From the NCBI GenBank assembly GCA_951406725.2, contig OX597818.1, positions 2,852,001 to 2,916,000 of the forward strand: a stretch of 64,000 nucleotides of DNA, given 5' to 3'. The first letter of the stretch is position 1. Every line of letters begins with the position of its first letter. Under the pieces are notes generated by a model, which did not search any database, was not told the DNA's origin, and was given only the letters and a program-made list of their open reading frames with translations. Positions 51,361 through 63,971 of this stretch are shown piece by piece. The translations under genes and the position numbers were made by a program. The stretch comes from Octopus vulgaris (Eukaryota).

Positions 51361-51558
51361 ATTTAAATTTCCCTTCCATGGATTCAATATAACACTAGGT
51401 CTCTGCCCACGCATTGCCATAGTTTGCCAATACTTGTGCTTAATAAACAGTGGAGGATATATTACATGCTTGCTATAGAGGACATTTAGATTTACCTCTG
51501 CACATGCACACAGGGCAGGTCTGAGTCATTGGATTTTTATTGATATAGATCTTTACAC

Positions 51559-51591
<33 letters not shown>

Positions 51592-51599
51592 TGAATATG

Positions 51600-51990
51600 T
51601 GATTTTAAGTGTGCCTATTAAATAATCTTATAGTTGCTGAGAAAATGATTATCTAATAAGAGTAAGAATCTTCTACCTACAATGCAGCATAATTAACTCA
51701 GCAAATTCAGAAATGGGTTTAACAGGCAAAAAATTTTAAGGAATATTGATAATAAAATTAAGGAATCTTTAAATCTGTTACAATGAACCAATAGTTAGTT
51801 CCTCGGTAATATCTTGGTTCAAATCCATCACAATAAAAGTAAAGCAAAATTCATATAGTTTGATATTGTGGATTTCTACCTGGTAATATCAGAATCACTG
51901 TTAAGTGATGTATTGGAGTTTGCATGTTTGTAACCATCAATGAGCATGTAATAAATCACATTAGGTATGCATGTACAACACTGTTATTTA
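51600..51990 (+). mobile_element. Penelope-like RT fragment (third family)
   Basis: IINSANSEMG...NLLQ*TNS..VISWFKSI...FDIVDFY..ISESLL. Confidence 0.6.
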
Positions 51991-52572
51991 GTGTCAGATG
52001 ATAGCAGTGATGGTGCTGCTGCTACTGATAGTGATGATGATGATGATGATATTGTACATAGTCATTGACGTTAAATTCTTTTTTGGGAATGTGTTTACTC
52101 TGTAGGTCATATTTTCATTCTGGAGTGATAGAAGACCTCTTTCTGAATGAATGCCTTCATACTTGATGGAAAATTTCATAACAATTACAATTTTTTTTTA
52201 GCAAAAATAAAAGCAATATTTAATTTTTTTAAAAATTAATTGCATTGAGTAAATATTATTGTCTTACAAAGGATGATAAATTAAATGGGTTAGGTAATTC
52301 CCTTATGGAATGTAATATAGAAAAAGTAAATACTCTGCTTCATCTCAAATGATATTTAAAAATGACATCTAATCATATATTTTACTTGTAACTAACTTCG
52401 TGGTTTAACAGAAATTACACAAATTTATCCACTACATCTAGACACACATATTTTATATCTAAAATAATCAAAGAATGAAAGTGATAAAACAACGGATTGA
52501 ATCCATGACAAAAGCATATCTTAAAAGAAATATAAAATTTGATTTTAATAGAAAATTATCTAAAAGTTTTAC

Positions 52573-52800
52573 CGTAGAGAGGTTACTTTTCTTCTCAAAT
52601 TGTGATTTCATTTTTGGGTGCTTTTCTGATAAAGATAAATCTTTGGTGTTTTGGGACAAAGTATCAACCTGGAACAAAAATTTATAAACATTTTGAAAAT
52701 GAAATAATTGAATTAATCTCACTAGGATTATAATCAGGTTGCAAACAGGCTGTTGAAGACTTAATATTGCAACATTCTGTCTTTCAACTAAATACACCAC
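52573..52800 (-). pseudogene. Two candidate in-phase exons (52747-52800 and 52573-52668)
   Basis: TTTTAAAG|VVYLVERQNVAILSLQQP|GT, then a 78-nt intron, then TTTTTGTTCCAG|VDTLSQ...SNLST|GTAAAA (96 nt). Confidence 0.35.
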
Positions 52801-53061
52801 CTTTAAAATTTAACTATGAGTATACATTTTGCAGAATTATTCAGTTAAATTTTAATGTCAACTTTTAAAATAAGTATGAAAATAATCACATTTAACAAAA
52901 AAAATGTTCAGAACCAAGATAGAAATAATAAGCACCTTTAAGTATTTAGAAATATTTTCAGGAAGAAAGGTGCTGGGGGCTTGGGGATAGCTCTCCACAT
53001 TTAATCATTCCATGTTTGAACTTCTCAGCATTATGATTTGAAATGTAAGGTCTATTCTAAC

Positions 53062-53174
53062 CTGATGATGGAGGCTAGATTTATGCAATGTCGATGGCTT
53101 CAATTATGGCCGCATGTTGTAATGAACCACTTCTACCAACATTATGATGGATCTCTGAGAAACAGCTGTTGGAC
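53062..53174 (+). ncRNA. Degenerate hammerhead motif
   Basis: CTGATGA-TGGAG...CTCTGA-GAAA-CAGCTG-TT; palindromic ACAGCTGT; stem I poor. Confidence 0.45.
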
Positions 53175-53291
53175 TTATAACATCTTTCTTCCTCCCTTTT
53201 AATGTTCAATGTCATTTGTACTGTGCAAATTAGATCTATTAATATAAACATCTCTATATTTATACTTAAATATTCATCATATATATGTGTG

Positions 53292-56200
53292 TAGTGAGAT
53301 TGTAGAGATGCTTGAAAGGAGACAAGAGGTAAGATGGAGAGGAGCTTCAGCCAGGGTCCTCACAGGCAAGGCACATAGGTATAAAATCTTCTGGCAAGGT
53401 AACATGGATGGAGCAGGCATACTCATCATCATCATTTAGTGTCCGCTTTCCATGCTAGCATGGGTTGGACGGTTCAACTGGGGTCTGGGAAGCCAGAAGG
53501 CTGCACCAGGCCCAGTCTCATCTGGCAGTGTTTCTACGGCTGGATGCCCTTCCTAATGCCAACCACTCCATGAGTGTAGTGGGTGCTTTTTACGTGCCAC
53601 CCGCACAGGTGCCAGACAGGGCTGGCAAACGGCCACGGACGGATGGTGCTTTTTACGTGCCACCGGCACGGGGGCCAGGCAGGGCTGGCAATGGCCACGA
53701 TCGGATGGTGCTTTTTACCAGCACGGAGGCCAGTCGGTGCAGCACTGGCAACGGACACGGTTGGGTGGTGCTTTTTACGTGCAGAAAAATGGGTGGATAA
53801 GGTCATAGAGGTTGTCAGATAAGTGATAGAATGCTTAAGCTCAGGCTAGTCCTGCAGAACAGCACAGTTACAATTATCTCTGCCTATACCTTACAAGAGG
53901 GACTACCAAATGATCAGAAGGACCATTTTTATGATATCCTTCTACAGGATACCTCAAAGACAATTGGCAATGACCTCGTTTTTGCAACTGGAGATTTTAA
54001 TGGGCATGTTAGGCGGAAATCTGGTATCTTCACTGGTGTTCATGGGGGCCATGGTATTGGTTCCCGAACAATGAGGGGACTAGGTTACTGGAGTTCTGTG
54101 ATGCATGTAACCTTCTAATCTGCAACACAAAGTTCAGGAAACCAGATAGCCACCTGATAACCTATCAATCAGGTGACTCTGCTAGCCAGATTGATTTCAT
54201 CCTTACCAGTCAGCAGAATGCAGGGTTGCTCTTAAATACAAAGACCCTCCCAGGTGAAGAATGCACCCCCCAGCATAGACTAGTCATTAGAGACTTTCAA
54301 CTCGAGACAAGAAAGAATCCAAGAAGCAGACCAATCCAGAAGAGAAGGATTTGGAAGCAAAAGAACCTTTCTCATGGTTAGAGATTTAGAGACATCCTCA
54401 TCAAGAAATTTGATGAGAAGGAGGAGCTACAGTCCTCGGACATAGAAGGTAGCTGGAAAATCCTATGGGAAATCTGTGTTTGGTGCAAAGTCCCTTCCAG
54501 ACCTAGAGTAATATGGTAGACAAGGCCATTAGAGCAAAGAAACAGGCCTGGAAAGCCTGGAAGGGTGGGGGTAGCAGGGAACCATACCAGATAACCAAAA
54601 GGGAGGCTGAATAACAGGTATACATAGCCAAGGACGAAGCAGAAAAGAAGCTTGTCAATGTCCAGCAACGTGAGGACCAAAGAACTGAAGTATTTTGGAT
54701 TGCAAGACAGTATGTGAGAGAAAATTGTGATGTCACAGGAGAGAAATGTGTCCACATGGATGATGGTGCACTTGCTTTTAATGATTCAGAAAAGAAAGAG
54801 GATTGGAGAAGCCATTATGAAAGACTGCTGAACGTGGAGAATGAATGGGAGGAGGAGAGCCTACCAAATGTTAATCCAGTAGAGGGACCAGCTATCTGAA
54901 TAGACAGCACCTTGGTAGATAAAGCAATTAAGGGTATGAAGCAAGGAAAAGCCCCCGGCCTATCAGGAATCACTGCTGAGATGCTTAAAACATCTGTTGG
55001 TGTGCGCTATGGCCTAGTCACCCGTATTGTAAACCAGGTAGTTCATGATGGAGTCATACCCAATGACTGGTGTAGCAGCACCATAGTCAACAGCTACAGA
55101 GGTAAAGGTGATGCTTTAGATAGAAATAACTACAGGCATATCAAACTGCTGGATCAGGTGATGAAGGTCACAGAGAGGGTCATAGCCCAACTAATTAGGG
55201 AGAGAGTCTGCTTAGATGAGATGCAGTTCAGTTTTGTGCCAGGTAGAAGCATCACTGATGCAATATTCTTGGTACGGCAACTGCAGGAGAAATATCTAAC
55301 CAAAGACAAACCTCTATATTTGGCTTTTGTGGACTTGGAGAAAGGATTCTCCAATCCCTTATCTGGTGGGTGGTGCAGAAACTGGGGATTGACGAATGGT
55401 TAATAAGGGCTGTACAGGCCCTATACAGAGATGCCATTAGTAGGGTTAGGAGTGGCAATGAGTATAGTGAAGAATTCCGAGTAGAAATAGGGGTCCACCA
55501 AGGATCAGCCCTCAGCCCCGTCCTATTCATCATAGTCCTCCAGGCAATAACAGAGGAATTCAAGACAGGTTGCTCCTGGGAGCTCCTTTATGCTGATGAC
55601 CTGGCCCTCATAGCAGAATCACTATCAGAACTAGAGAAGAAATTTCAGGATTGGAAGCAAAGTTTAGAATTGAAGGGCCTTAGAGTCTATGTTGCAAAGA
55701 CCAAAGTTTTAGTAAGTAGGAAGGCGAACACATCACACACCTCTTCAAGTAGGTGGCCTTGCTCAATCTATAGAAAAGGTATTGGTAGAAACTCCATAAG
55801 ATGTACCAAGTGTAAGCTATGGACACGTAAGAAGTGCAGCAACATCAAAGGAAGATTAACTGGGAAGATAGCTTCCGTGTGTGGCCGATGCACAGGTGCT
55901 CAGAAAACAGATTCCATCACATGCCAGGGGGAGAAACTAGAAATAGTTGATAGCCTCCGCTACCTAGGTGACCAAGTCTGTAGTGGAGTGGATGCTCAGA
56001 GTGTGTTAACACTAGAATAAGAATAGCCTGGTTCAGAAAGCTTCTACCCCTACTGGTGACAAAGGGCTTCTCGCTCAGAGTGAAAGGTAGATTGTATGAT
56101 GCATATGTGCGAACTGCCATGCTTCACAGCAGTGAAACATGGGCCATGACTGTTGAGGACATGCATAGGCTCGAAAGAAATGAAGCTAGCATGATCCACT

Positions 56201-56940
56201 GGATGTGTAATGTCAGTGTACACACACGACAGAGTGTAAGTGCCCTGTCAGAAATGTTAGACATATGAAGCCTCGGATGTGGTGTGCAAGAGAGACATTT
56301 GCATTGGTATGGCCATGTACTGCGGAGGGATGAGGAGAGCTGTGTGAAGAAGTGCCAGTTGGAAAAAGTGGAAGGAATCTGGGGTAGAGGGAGACCCAGG
56401 AAGACATGGGATGAGGTGGTAAAGTATGCCCTTCAAACGTTGGGCCTCATAGAGGCAATGACAAAAGACCAAGACCTCTGGAGGTATGCTGTGATTGAGA
56501 AGACCCGGCAAATAAAGTGAGTTTACAGCTATAACCACACCAGCATCACATAACCAGCCCACTCAAAAGTACCTTGGATTGTAGGGCAACATGCCGTGCT
56601 TGAGGAGACCTATTGAGTCATTGAGTCAAGTACATCAATATCAAAATCAAATCAAATTACAATCAAATGGAAATTGTAGTTCTGGTGGCACGTAAAAAGT
56701 ACCATTCGAACGTAGCTGATGTCAGTGCTGCCCTGACTGGCATCCATGCCAGTGGCACGTGAAAGGCATCCCCTACACTCACTGAATGGTTTGCGTTAGG
56801 AAGGGCAGCCAGCTGTAGAAACACTGCCTGATCAGATTGGGGCCTGGTACCGCCTCCTGGCTTCTCAGACCCCAGTCAAACCATCCAACCCATGTCAGCA
56901 TGGAAAACAGACATTAAACAACGATGATGATGATGATGAT
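53292..56940 (+). mobile_element. Near full-length RTE LINE (APE + RT + 3' UTR), frameshifted
   Basis: GDFNGHV, GKAPGLSGIT, AFVDLEK, GVHQGSALSP, LLYADD, GRGRPRKTW and a (GAT)n tail. Confidence 0.93.
53424..53780 (-). mobile_element. RTE 3' UTR nested antisense inside the APE region of another RTE
   Basis: (CAT)n, conserved 3' end and four repeat units; host reads GAGIL...AEKWVDK across the insertion. Confidence 0.85.
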
Positions 56941-57632
56941 AAACAAAACATTAAAACACTAAGATTTGAAATAAGATGTCACTATGGTTATTGTCATCAG
57001 TGGATAAAATTTAAAATTGAAGGTATCAACAGTAGCAACACAGATGGTTCTCAGGCAAAAAGCAAGCTATAAATTACAAATTAGTATGAAGAGTAAGGAT
57101 GCAGAAAAGCATCAACCTGCTAGAAATAAGAGCTGAAGTCTTAATTAAACCACCGTAAAGCACCAGGATAACAGAGAAATAACATGCTTTTTGCCTGCGA
57201 ACCACCTATGTTACTACTGTTGATACCATCAATTAAAAATTTTATCCAGAAATGATATTAACAATAGTAGCATCTTATTTCAAATCTTAGTGTTTGAATG
57301 TTTTGTTTATAGATAATTTACACCATGTGCTGTGTTTTTGGCACAAAACAAAACCAGTACACTAGCAGAGTTTAACGTAATGGTATTGAATTTTTACTAG
57401 GTGATCTACACTGAAGAGTCTCAAGGATTAAATTTCCAAAAACTGAAACCTGGGTACGTGGATGTCCTAAACTGCATAATCTTTCATAGTTGTGCTTTTG
57501 AATGTATTAATTCTTTCCGTTTCCTCGCCTGTTATTTTTCTGTTGTCCGGGTGCTTTACGGTGGTTTAATTAAGACTTTAGCTCTTAGCAGGTTGATGCT
57601 TTTCTGCATCCTTACACTTCTTGCTAATTTAT
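56939..57632. repeat. ~450-bp circularly permuted unit with inverted partial copy (pLTR/retrozyme-like)
   Basis: 56939-57067 is the reverse complement of ~57185-57310; 57068-57183 is the reverse complement of ~57530-57632. Confidence 0.85.
57404..57463 (+). ncRNA. Type I hammerhead ribozyme motif
   Basis: ATCTACA-CTGAAGA-...-GAAA-CCTGGG-TA-CGTGGAT; near-palindromic ACC(T/C)GGGT; GUA triplet. Confidence 0.65.
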
Positions 57633-57659
57633 AATATATATATATATATATATATATTA

Positions 57660-60600
57660 TTACAAAAAAAAAACAAAAGACGAAGACAGGTGGTGTACAA
57701 AACAAACAGATGTATTAGTATAACGCTCAGGAAAATAAAAAGTCTTTTACGTTTCAAGCCTACGCTCTTCTACAGAAAGGGACACAGAAAAAAACGAGGA
57801 GAGAAACAGGGAGAGAAAAAAATATGTGTAGTGGCTAACGATCTATCATGGCGACTAGTGCTGGACAGAAGGACAAGAGTGCTAAAAGTAGGGGAGATAA
57901 CAAAGTAAAGATGACCCCCAACACAAAGGTGCGTGTGTGTATAAGAGAGTATGTATGTGCATGTGAAAGAAGGCTGGTGGTCTGGACGTGTGCGTGTATG
58001 TATGTGTAGGTGTGAAAATGTGGGGATGGTCAGTGCTGGTGTGTGGGTGGTGTGTTGTGATGTGATGTGTAATGTTGTATGGAATAGTTTGGTATGGTGT
58101 GATGTTGTTGGGAGGTGGGGGAGGCGAGAGTGGGGAAAGCACGGGTGGGGTGTGGGTTCGGCTGAGGGTTGGGGTAGAGTAGGGGTGTGGGGGTAGGCAG
58201 AGGGTGGGGTTTGTGGGTAGGCAGAGGGTGGGGGTAGAGGTAGGGTATATGGGCGAAGGTGTAGGGGATAGGATGGGGGATGGGAAGGATAGGGAATGTG
58301 GAGTAGGAGTGCATAGGAGTGGGGTGGGCTTATGGGGAGGGTTGACAATGAAGGGGGAGTGGGGTGGGTATGTGAGGGGAAAGAGTAAGAGAGAAGAGAG
58401 AAGAGAGAAAGAAAGTAAGAGAGAAGAGAGAAAGAGAGGGTGAAAGAATAAGAGAGAAGAAAGAGAGTAAAAGAGAAGAGAGAAGGGGAAAAGAGAAGTG
58501 AGAAAGGGAGTGAGAGAGAAGAGGGAAGAGAGAAAGAGAGTAAGAGAGAAAGAAAGAAGAGGGAAAGAGAGTACGAGAGAAAGAAAGTAAGAGAGACGAG
58601 GGAAAGAGAGCAGGGTGAAAGAGAAGTAGGAGTCGGGGCAAGAGAGGAGAGTTGGGTGAGAGGAAGTAGGTGGGAGGGGGAGAGAGAGGCAGGGGGATGA
58701 GATTAGATGAAGAGGGGAGGAGAGTTGAGCCCAAAAGGTGTAAAGGAGCGAAGCGAGAAGATTAATCCCTGTTCATAGCGCAAACAGGAGTCAGGATGGC
58801 CTCTGTGCAAGAACAACCTGAACACGGACAGGTGTTGCAAAGAGTGACCGGTAGAGCAGAAATGGCGAAAGACTGGGGTGTCATTGCCGAGGCGGATGTC
58901 TCGGAGGTGTTCCGTGAACCGGTCAGCCAAGTGGCGTCCCATTTGTCCGATGTACAGAGAATGGCAGAGAGAGAGAGCAATAGATGATATTGGTGGAGGT
59001 ACAGGTGAAGGAGTCGGTGATACGATAGGGTCGATGATGGGTGCTGGTGAGAAGGGTGGTGTTAGAGAGGTATGGGCAAGTGCGGCAGTGTGGGCGGGAG
59101 CAGGGGAACAAGCCAGGTTGGAGGTAGGGTTGGGGAAGAAGCTGTGGACGAAGAGGTCTCGTAGGTTGTGGGCTCGTTTGAAGGAGGGGAGGGAGAGGTA
59201 GGGTGGTGGGTGTTAGGTGAGGGGAAAAGGGAGGCAGGAGACTGCAGGGCGGGTTCGGGGGGAGAGAGCAGATGCACAGTCCATGGAACATGCTCTGGTA
59301 AGGGCAGTGTGGATAGTGATGAGGGGATATCCACGTAGGATGAAGTGGCGAGCCTTGAGTTGAGACTGAGTCTCTAAGTCATGGTCGTCACTACTGAGCC
59401 TGCGTAGACGGAGGAATTGGGAATAGGGGATGGAAAGCTTGGTGTGTTTGGGATGGGAGGAGGAGAAGTTGAGGTATGAGTGTGAGTCTGTGTGTTTGTA
59501 GTGGATGGAGGTGGTAAGAGTGGAGTGGTGAATGCTGACCGAAATGTCAAGAAAGGAGACAGAGGTGTCAGAGATAGTGCAGGAGAAGTGGAGGGCAGGA
59601 TGGAAAGATTTGACAAAAGAGAGGAAGGAGTCTAGATGTTTGCGGGAGAGTGAGGTGGCACCAATACAGTCGTCAATATAATGACCATATAGTTCGGGAA
59701 TGAGACCAGTGAAACTCGAGAATATTTGAGCCTCCACATAGCCAACAAACAGGTTCGCATAGTTGGGGCCCATTCTCGTTCTCATGGCTACTCCCGAGAC
59801 CTGCTGGTAGAAATCACCCGCAAACGAGAAGCAGTTGAGTGAGAGGACAAGTTCGGCCAGACGAACGAGTGACGGAGGTGTCGGGTTGGGGATTGGGGCG
59901 GAGGTCCAGGAAGTGTTTCAGTGTACGCAGCCCCTCATGGTGAGGGATCACAGTGTAGTGACTCTGGATGTCCAGAGTAAAAAGTAGTTTAGAGGGGCCA
60001 GGAGGGAAGGAGAAAGAGTTGAATAAACGAAGAGCATAGTTGGTGTCATAGATGTGAGAAGGGAGAGAAGCCACTAGGGGGGCAAGGACACGGTCGAGAT
60101 ATTTGGAGATAAGCTTGGTGTGGCAGTTACAGGCGGAGACGATGGGGCAGCCAGGGTTGTTGAGTTTGTGGATTTTGGGGAGGAAGTAAATGGTGGGGGT
60201 GCGGGGGGTCGGACAATGAGGTTGGAGGTGGTGTGGGGGAGACGGGAGGACGAGATGAGGTCATGGATGGTAGAGGAGACCATCTGTTGGTAGCTGGGCG
60301 TGGGGTCAGAGGGCAATAGAAGGAGGTATCATGAAGTTGGTGGAGAGCTTTGGCTTTATAGATGTCCGCGCGCCATACCACCACTGCTCCACCCTTATCA
60401 GCTGGTTTTATAACAATCTTAGTGTGCTGTTGGAGGGAACGAAGAGCCAAGAGTTTGGCTGGGGAGATGTTGAGATGACAGGGACACCTGGAGAAGTTGA
60501 ACAGCGCACTGGCAGGTGCCTGCAAAAAGGTCAACTGCTTGGAACTGGCCAGGAGCAGGTGTCCACAGTGATGGTCGGCGGCCCAGATCAGTGAAGCAGT

Positions 60601-60848
60601 CATCCTCGTTTGAAGCAGGCAGAGTGTCGCAGAAAAGCACACAGAACCTAACCTGGCACACAAAGCTGTGGATATCAGCACGAGTCTGAAATTCATTACA
60701 GAATGGAGTGAGGGGGTGAAAAAGCAGACCCCTACTGAGGATGGAGCATTCCGCCACAGACAGGGGAAGATCAGGGGGAATGGTAACAACAGACTGAAGT
60801 GGAGAAGGGATGGATGGAATATGGGGTGGATAGGGTGGAGGTAAGAGG

Positions 60849-60850
<2 letters not shown>
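57660..60850 (-). mobile_element. Penelope-like element, largely complete (RT + GIY-YIG + pLTR), frameshifted
   Basis: IVIKPADKGGAVVVW, LFTLDIQSHYTVIPH, MGPNYANLF, YIDDCIG, NIIYC and ADRFTEH; terminal repeat at 57660-57855. Confidence 0.92.
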
Positions 60851-60903
<53 letters not shown>

Positions 60904-60934
60904 GAATATATTTATATATATATAGAGAGAGAGA

Positions 60935-61120
60935 GAGGCAGCAAGCTGACTGAAACAGCATGCCAGGCGAATGTTCTGAGTCCAAATTCTGCTGAGGTCA
61001 GCTTTACCTTTCATTCTTTTGGAATCAATAAATTAAGGACCAGTTGCATACTGGGGTTTGATCTAATTGATTGGCCTCCTCCCCCCAAAATTTCGGGCCT
61101 TGTGCCTAAAGTAGAAAAGA
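60935..61120 (+). mobile_element. tRNA-derived Nin/Deu-core SINE
   Basis: Homologous to 6844-7070. Confidence 0.75.
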
Positions 61121-61224
61121 ATTTTGTTTTATATATATAGAGAGACACATATATATATATAGACTCATATATACATATTTAGATACACATGTACACACAC
61201 ACACACACACACACACAATGCATA

Positions 61225-61883
61225 TCTCTATATTATAATTCTGAAATGCAAAAAGTTTGTCTGGTTTTGGCATTGAGAATGGGTTAAAGGCCACTAGATC
61301 CTGTCAGATTGACTCCAAAATTTACAGGGACATGTAAAATGAGGTGAGGATGTGAGTGGGCTAGGTTAGAAATCCCCATCTTAAAAGGTGTCGTTGCTAG
61401 GGCCAAAAACGCACACTTTGATAAGTCTACTCCCATTCTTTTATGTGTCTGTCTTCCTCCATCTCTCTCTCTTTCCCCCCTTCCTTTCACCTTCTCTCTA
61501 TAACGTTGTTTCACAGCGTCTACCTCCCTTACCTTCATTTTCTCTCTATAACGTCGTTTCACAGCGTCTATCTCCCTTCCCTTCACATTCTCTCTATAAC
61601 GTCTACTATCTTTCCTCCGTCGCCAACACTGTCACTCTCTCTCTCTCTCTACGTCTGTCTGCATTCATAGAGAGAATTATCATCGCCACAACCACCGCAC
61701 AATCATGAGAACAAATATTATGAATCAGATATTTATTGAGTTAATTTATATGTGTGTGTGTGTGTTCTATATATAAATATGTATATATAATGTATATATA
61801 CAAAGTGTATATATCTGTATTTATATATATGTATATATACAAAGTGTATATATCTGTATTTATATATATGTATATATATATAC

Positions 61884-61938
<55 letters not shown>

Positions 61939-63934
61939 GTATACATAATGCGTACACACACACACATTTTTTCCTCAAAAGAAAAGCATGACAAAATTCC
62001 TCATCTTATAAAATGTGGCCCGAGTAGACCCGAATGAAATCGGATTATATTAACCAAAATGTGAAAAAAATAGTTGCCATGCAAACTCGCCAGCACTTTT
62101 AACATAGGTGTGCATATTTAGGGTCTAAATGGGGCTGGAAGGGGATTAAAATTTACAGGAGCAGGTGTTTAGGAATTCGGGTGTTAGTAAATGTGGTAGG
62201 ATTCAGTTGAAAATTTGCACACCTATGTTAAAAGTCCTGGCAAGTTTGCATGGCAACTTTGAGTTTGCTCAATTGAAAGGTGTGGCCTCTAGGGCAAAAT
62301 TCATCATCTTTAAAGTGTGGCCCGCGTAGACCTGAATGAAATTGAGTTATAATACCGAAACAAATAAAACAATGATAAACTTTTTTAATCCCGAGCAAGA
62401 CCAGGTTTCTCTGCTATCTATATATATAAAAGAGGCTTTGGGTCAAAATTGTGTGCACGTTTTGCTACGTCAAAGGTTGGCGGCCACACCAGTGGTCGGA
62501 TCGAGCTGAAAATTGACACAGGCATAGAAGGCGTGATGAGTTGAGTAGGTTAAAACTCACTATCTGGAAAGATGCGGTTGCTATGCTGAGAAGATTCAAG
62601 GGGGCTCTAAACCCCTCCAGATTGGCGCGATTGGTATCTAATCCTATCTATAAAATGAAGAAGGCGAACGTAGACACAGATTGGATTTTTATGTAAAAAG
62701 GGGTCTAAATGGGGCTGGAAGGGGATTCAAATTTACAGGAGGGGGTAACTTGAGGAGGGAAATTGATTGGGAGATGTTTTGTGGCTCTACAGTGGTTGCT
62801 TTGGTGTGAAAACTGGGACTTTATTGATTTGGGGGGACACTTGATGGTCTAGATCGGACACCTTTTGCCCGATTTCAATCAAATTTTCAACATGGTAAAG
62901 TGGAAGCGGATTTGTAATTTAAACGTGGAAATCTAAATTTTTTTATAAATGGCAGAAAGATAGATAGAGAAAGATAAAGAGTAAGAGAAAGTGAGGGAAG
63001 ATCCAAGAGAAAGGAAAGTGGGAAAATGAGAAAGGATAGAGAAACAAAGAGGGAGAATGTGGCGATAAGAAACAGAAAGGAAGCAACAGAAAGTAACAAC
63101 CTCAACCTCACCTGCGCGTAGAGCGGGTCACCTTAAGCTAGTCAATATCTATAAATCTGAAATGCGAAAAGTTTGTTTGTCTGGATTTGGCATTGGAACG
63201 GGGTTAAAGGCTACTAGATCCCGTCGGATTGACTCCAAAATTTACAGGGACATGTAAAATGAGGTGAGGATGTGAGTGGGCTAGGTTCTTAAAAGACGTG
63301 GTTACTAGGGGAAAAAACGCACACGTTGACAAGTCTTCTCTCATTCTCTTATCTGCCTGTCTTCCTTCGTCTCTCTCTTTCCTCTCTTCCATTCACTTTC
63401 TCGCTATAACGTCATTTGACAGTGTCTACTATCTTTCTCCCGCCACCTTCACTCTTTCTTCCACATCCTCTCTCTCTCTCTTTCTAAGTCTGTCTGCATT
63501 CATAGAGAGAACTATTATCGGCACCACCACCACACAATCATGAGAACAAATATTATGAATCAGATATTTATTGGGTTAATTCATATGTGTGTGTGTGTTT
63601 GATCTATATATAAATATGTATATATAATGTATATATACAAAGTGTATATATCTGTATATACACAATGGCCTAGTGGTTAGGGCAGCGGACTCGCGGTCGC
63701 AGGATCGCGGTTTCGATTCTCAGACCGGGCGTTGTGTGTGTTTATTGAGCGAAAACACCTAAAAGCTCTACGAGGCTCCGGCAGGGGGTGGTGATCCCTG
63801 CTGTACTCTTTCACCACAATGGCGGTGCCCCAGCATGGCCACAGCTCAAGAGCTGAAACTGGAAAAACAAAAACAAAAACAAAAACAAACAAATATATAT
63901 ATATAATTTGTATACATTTGTATATATAATGCAT

Positions 63935-63971
<37 letters not shown>

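Larger units (their letters stand above)
14162..52800 (-). pseudogene. Probable multi-exon polycystin (PKD1-like/TRPP) pseudogene scattered among TEs
   Basis: Minus-strand segments with polypyrimidine-AG acceptors at 52668, 48573, 43362, 43111, 42841, 33258, 32170, 20388 and 14269; translations resemble PLAT, TM, TOP and S2-S6 regions in colinear order; stops and frameshifts present; resemblance judged from memory only. Confidence 0.5.

Noticed and set aside
57770-58734. Pro/His/Ser/Leu-rich ORFs
   Set aside because: Low-complexity 3' region of the Penelope-like element
60127-61014. 295-aa ORF
   Set aside because: Chimera of SINE, TA microsatellite and the Penelope ORF N-terminus
63665-63740. 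tRNA gene
   Set aside because: A and B boxes are present but there is no cloverleaf, and it continues into a SINE body
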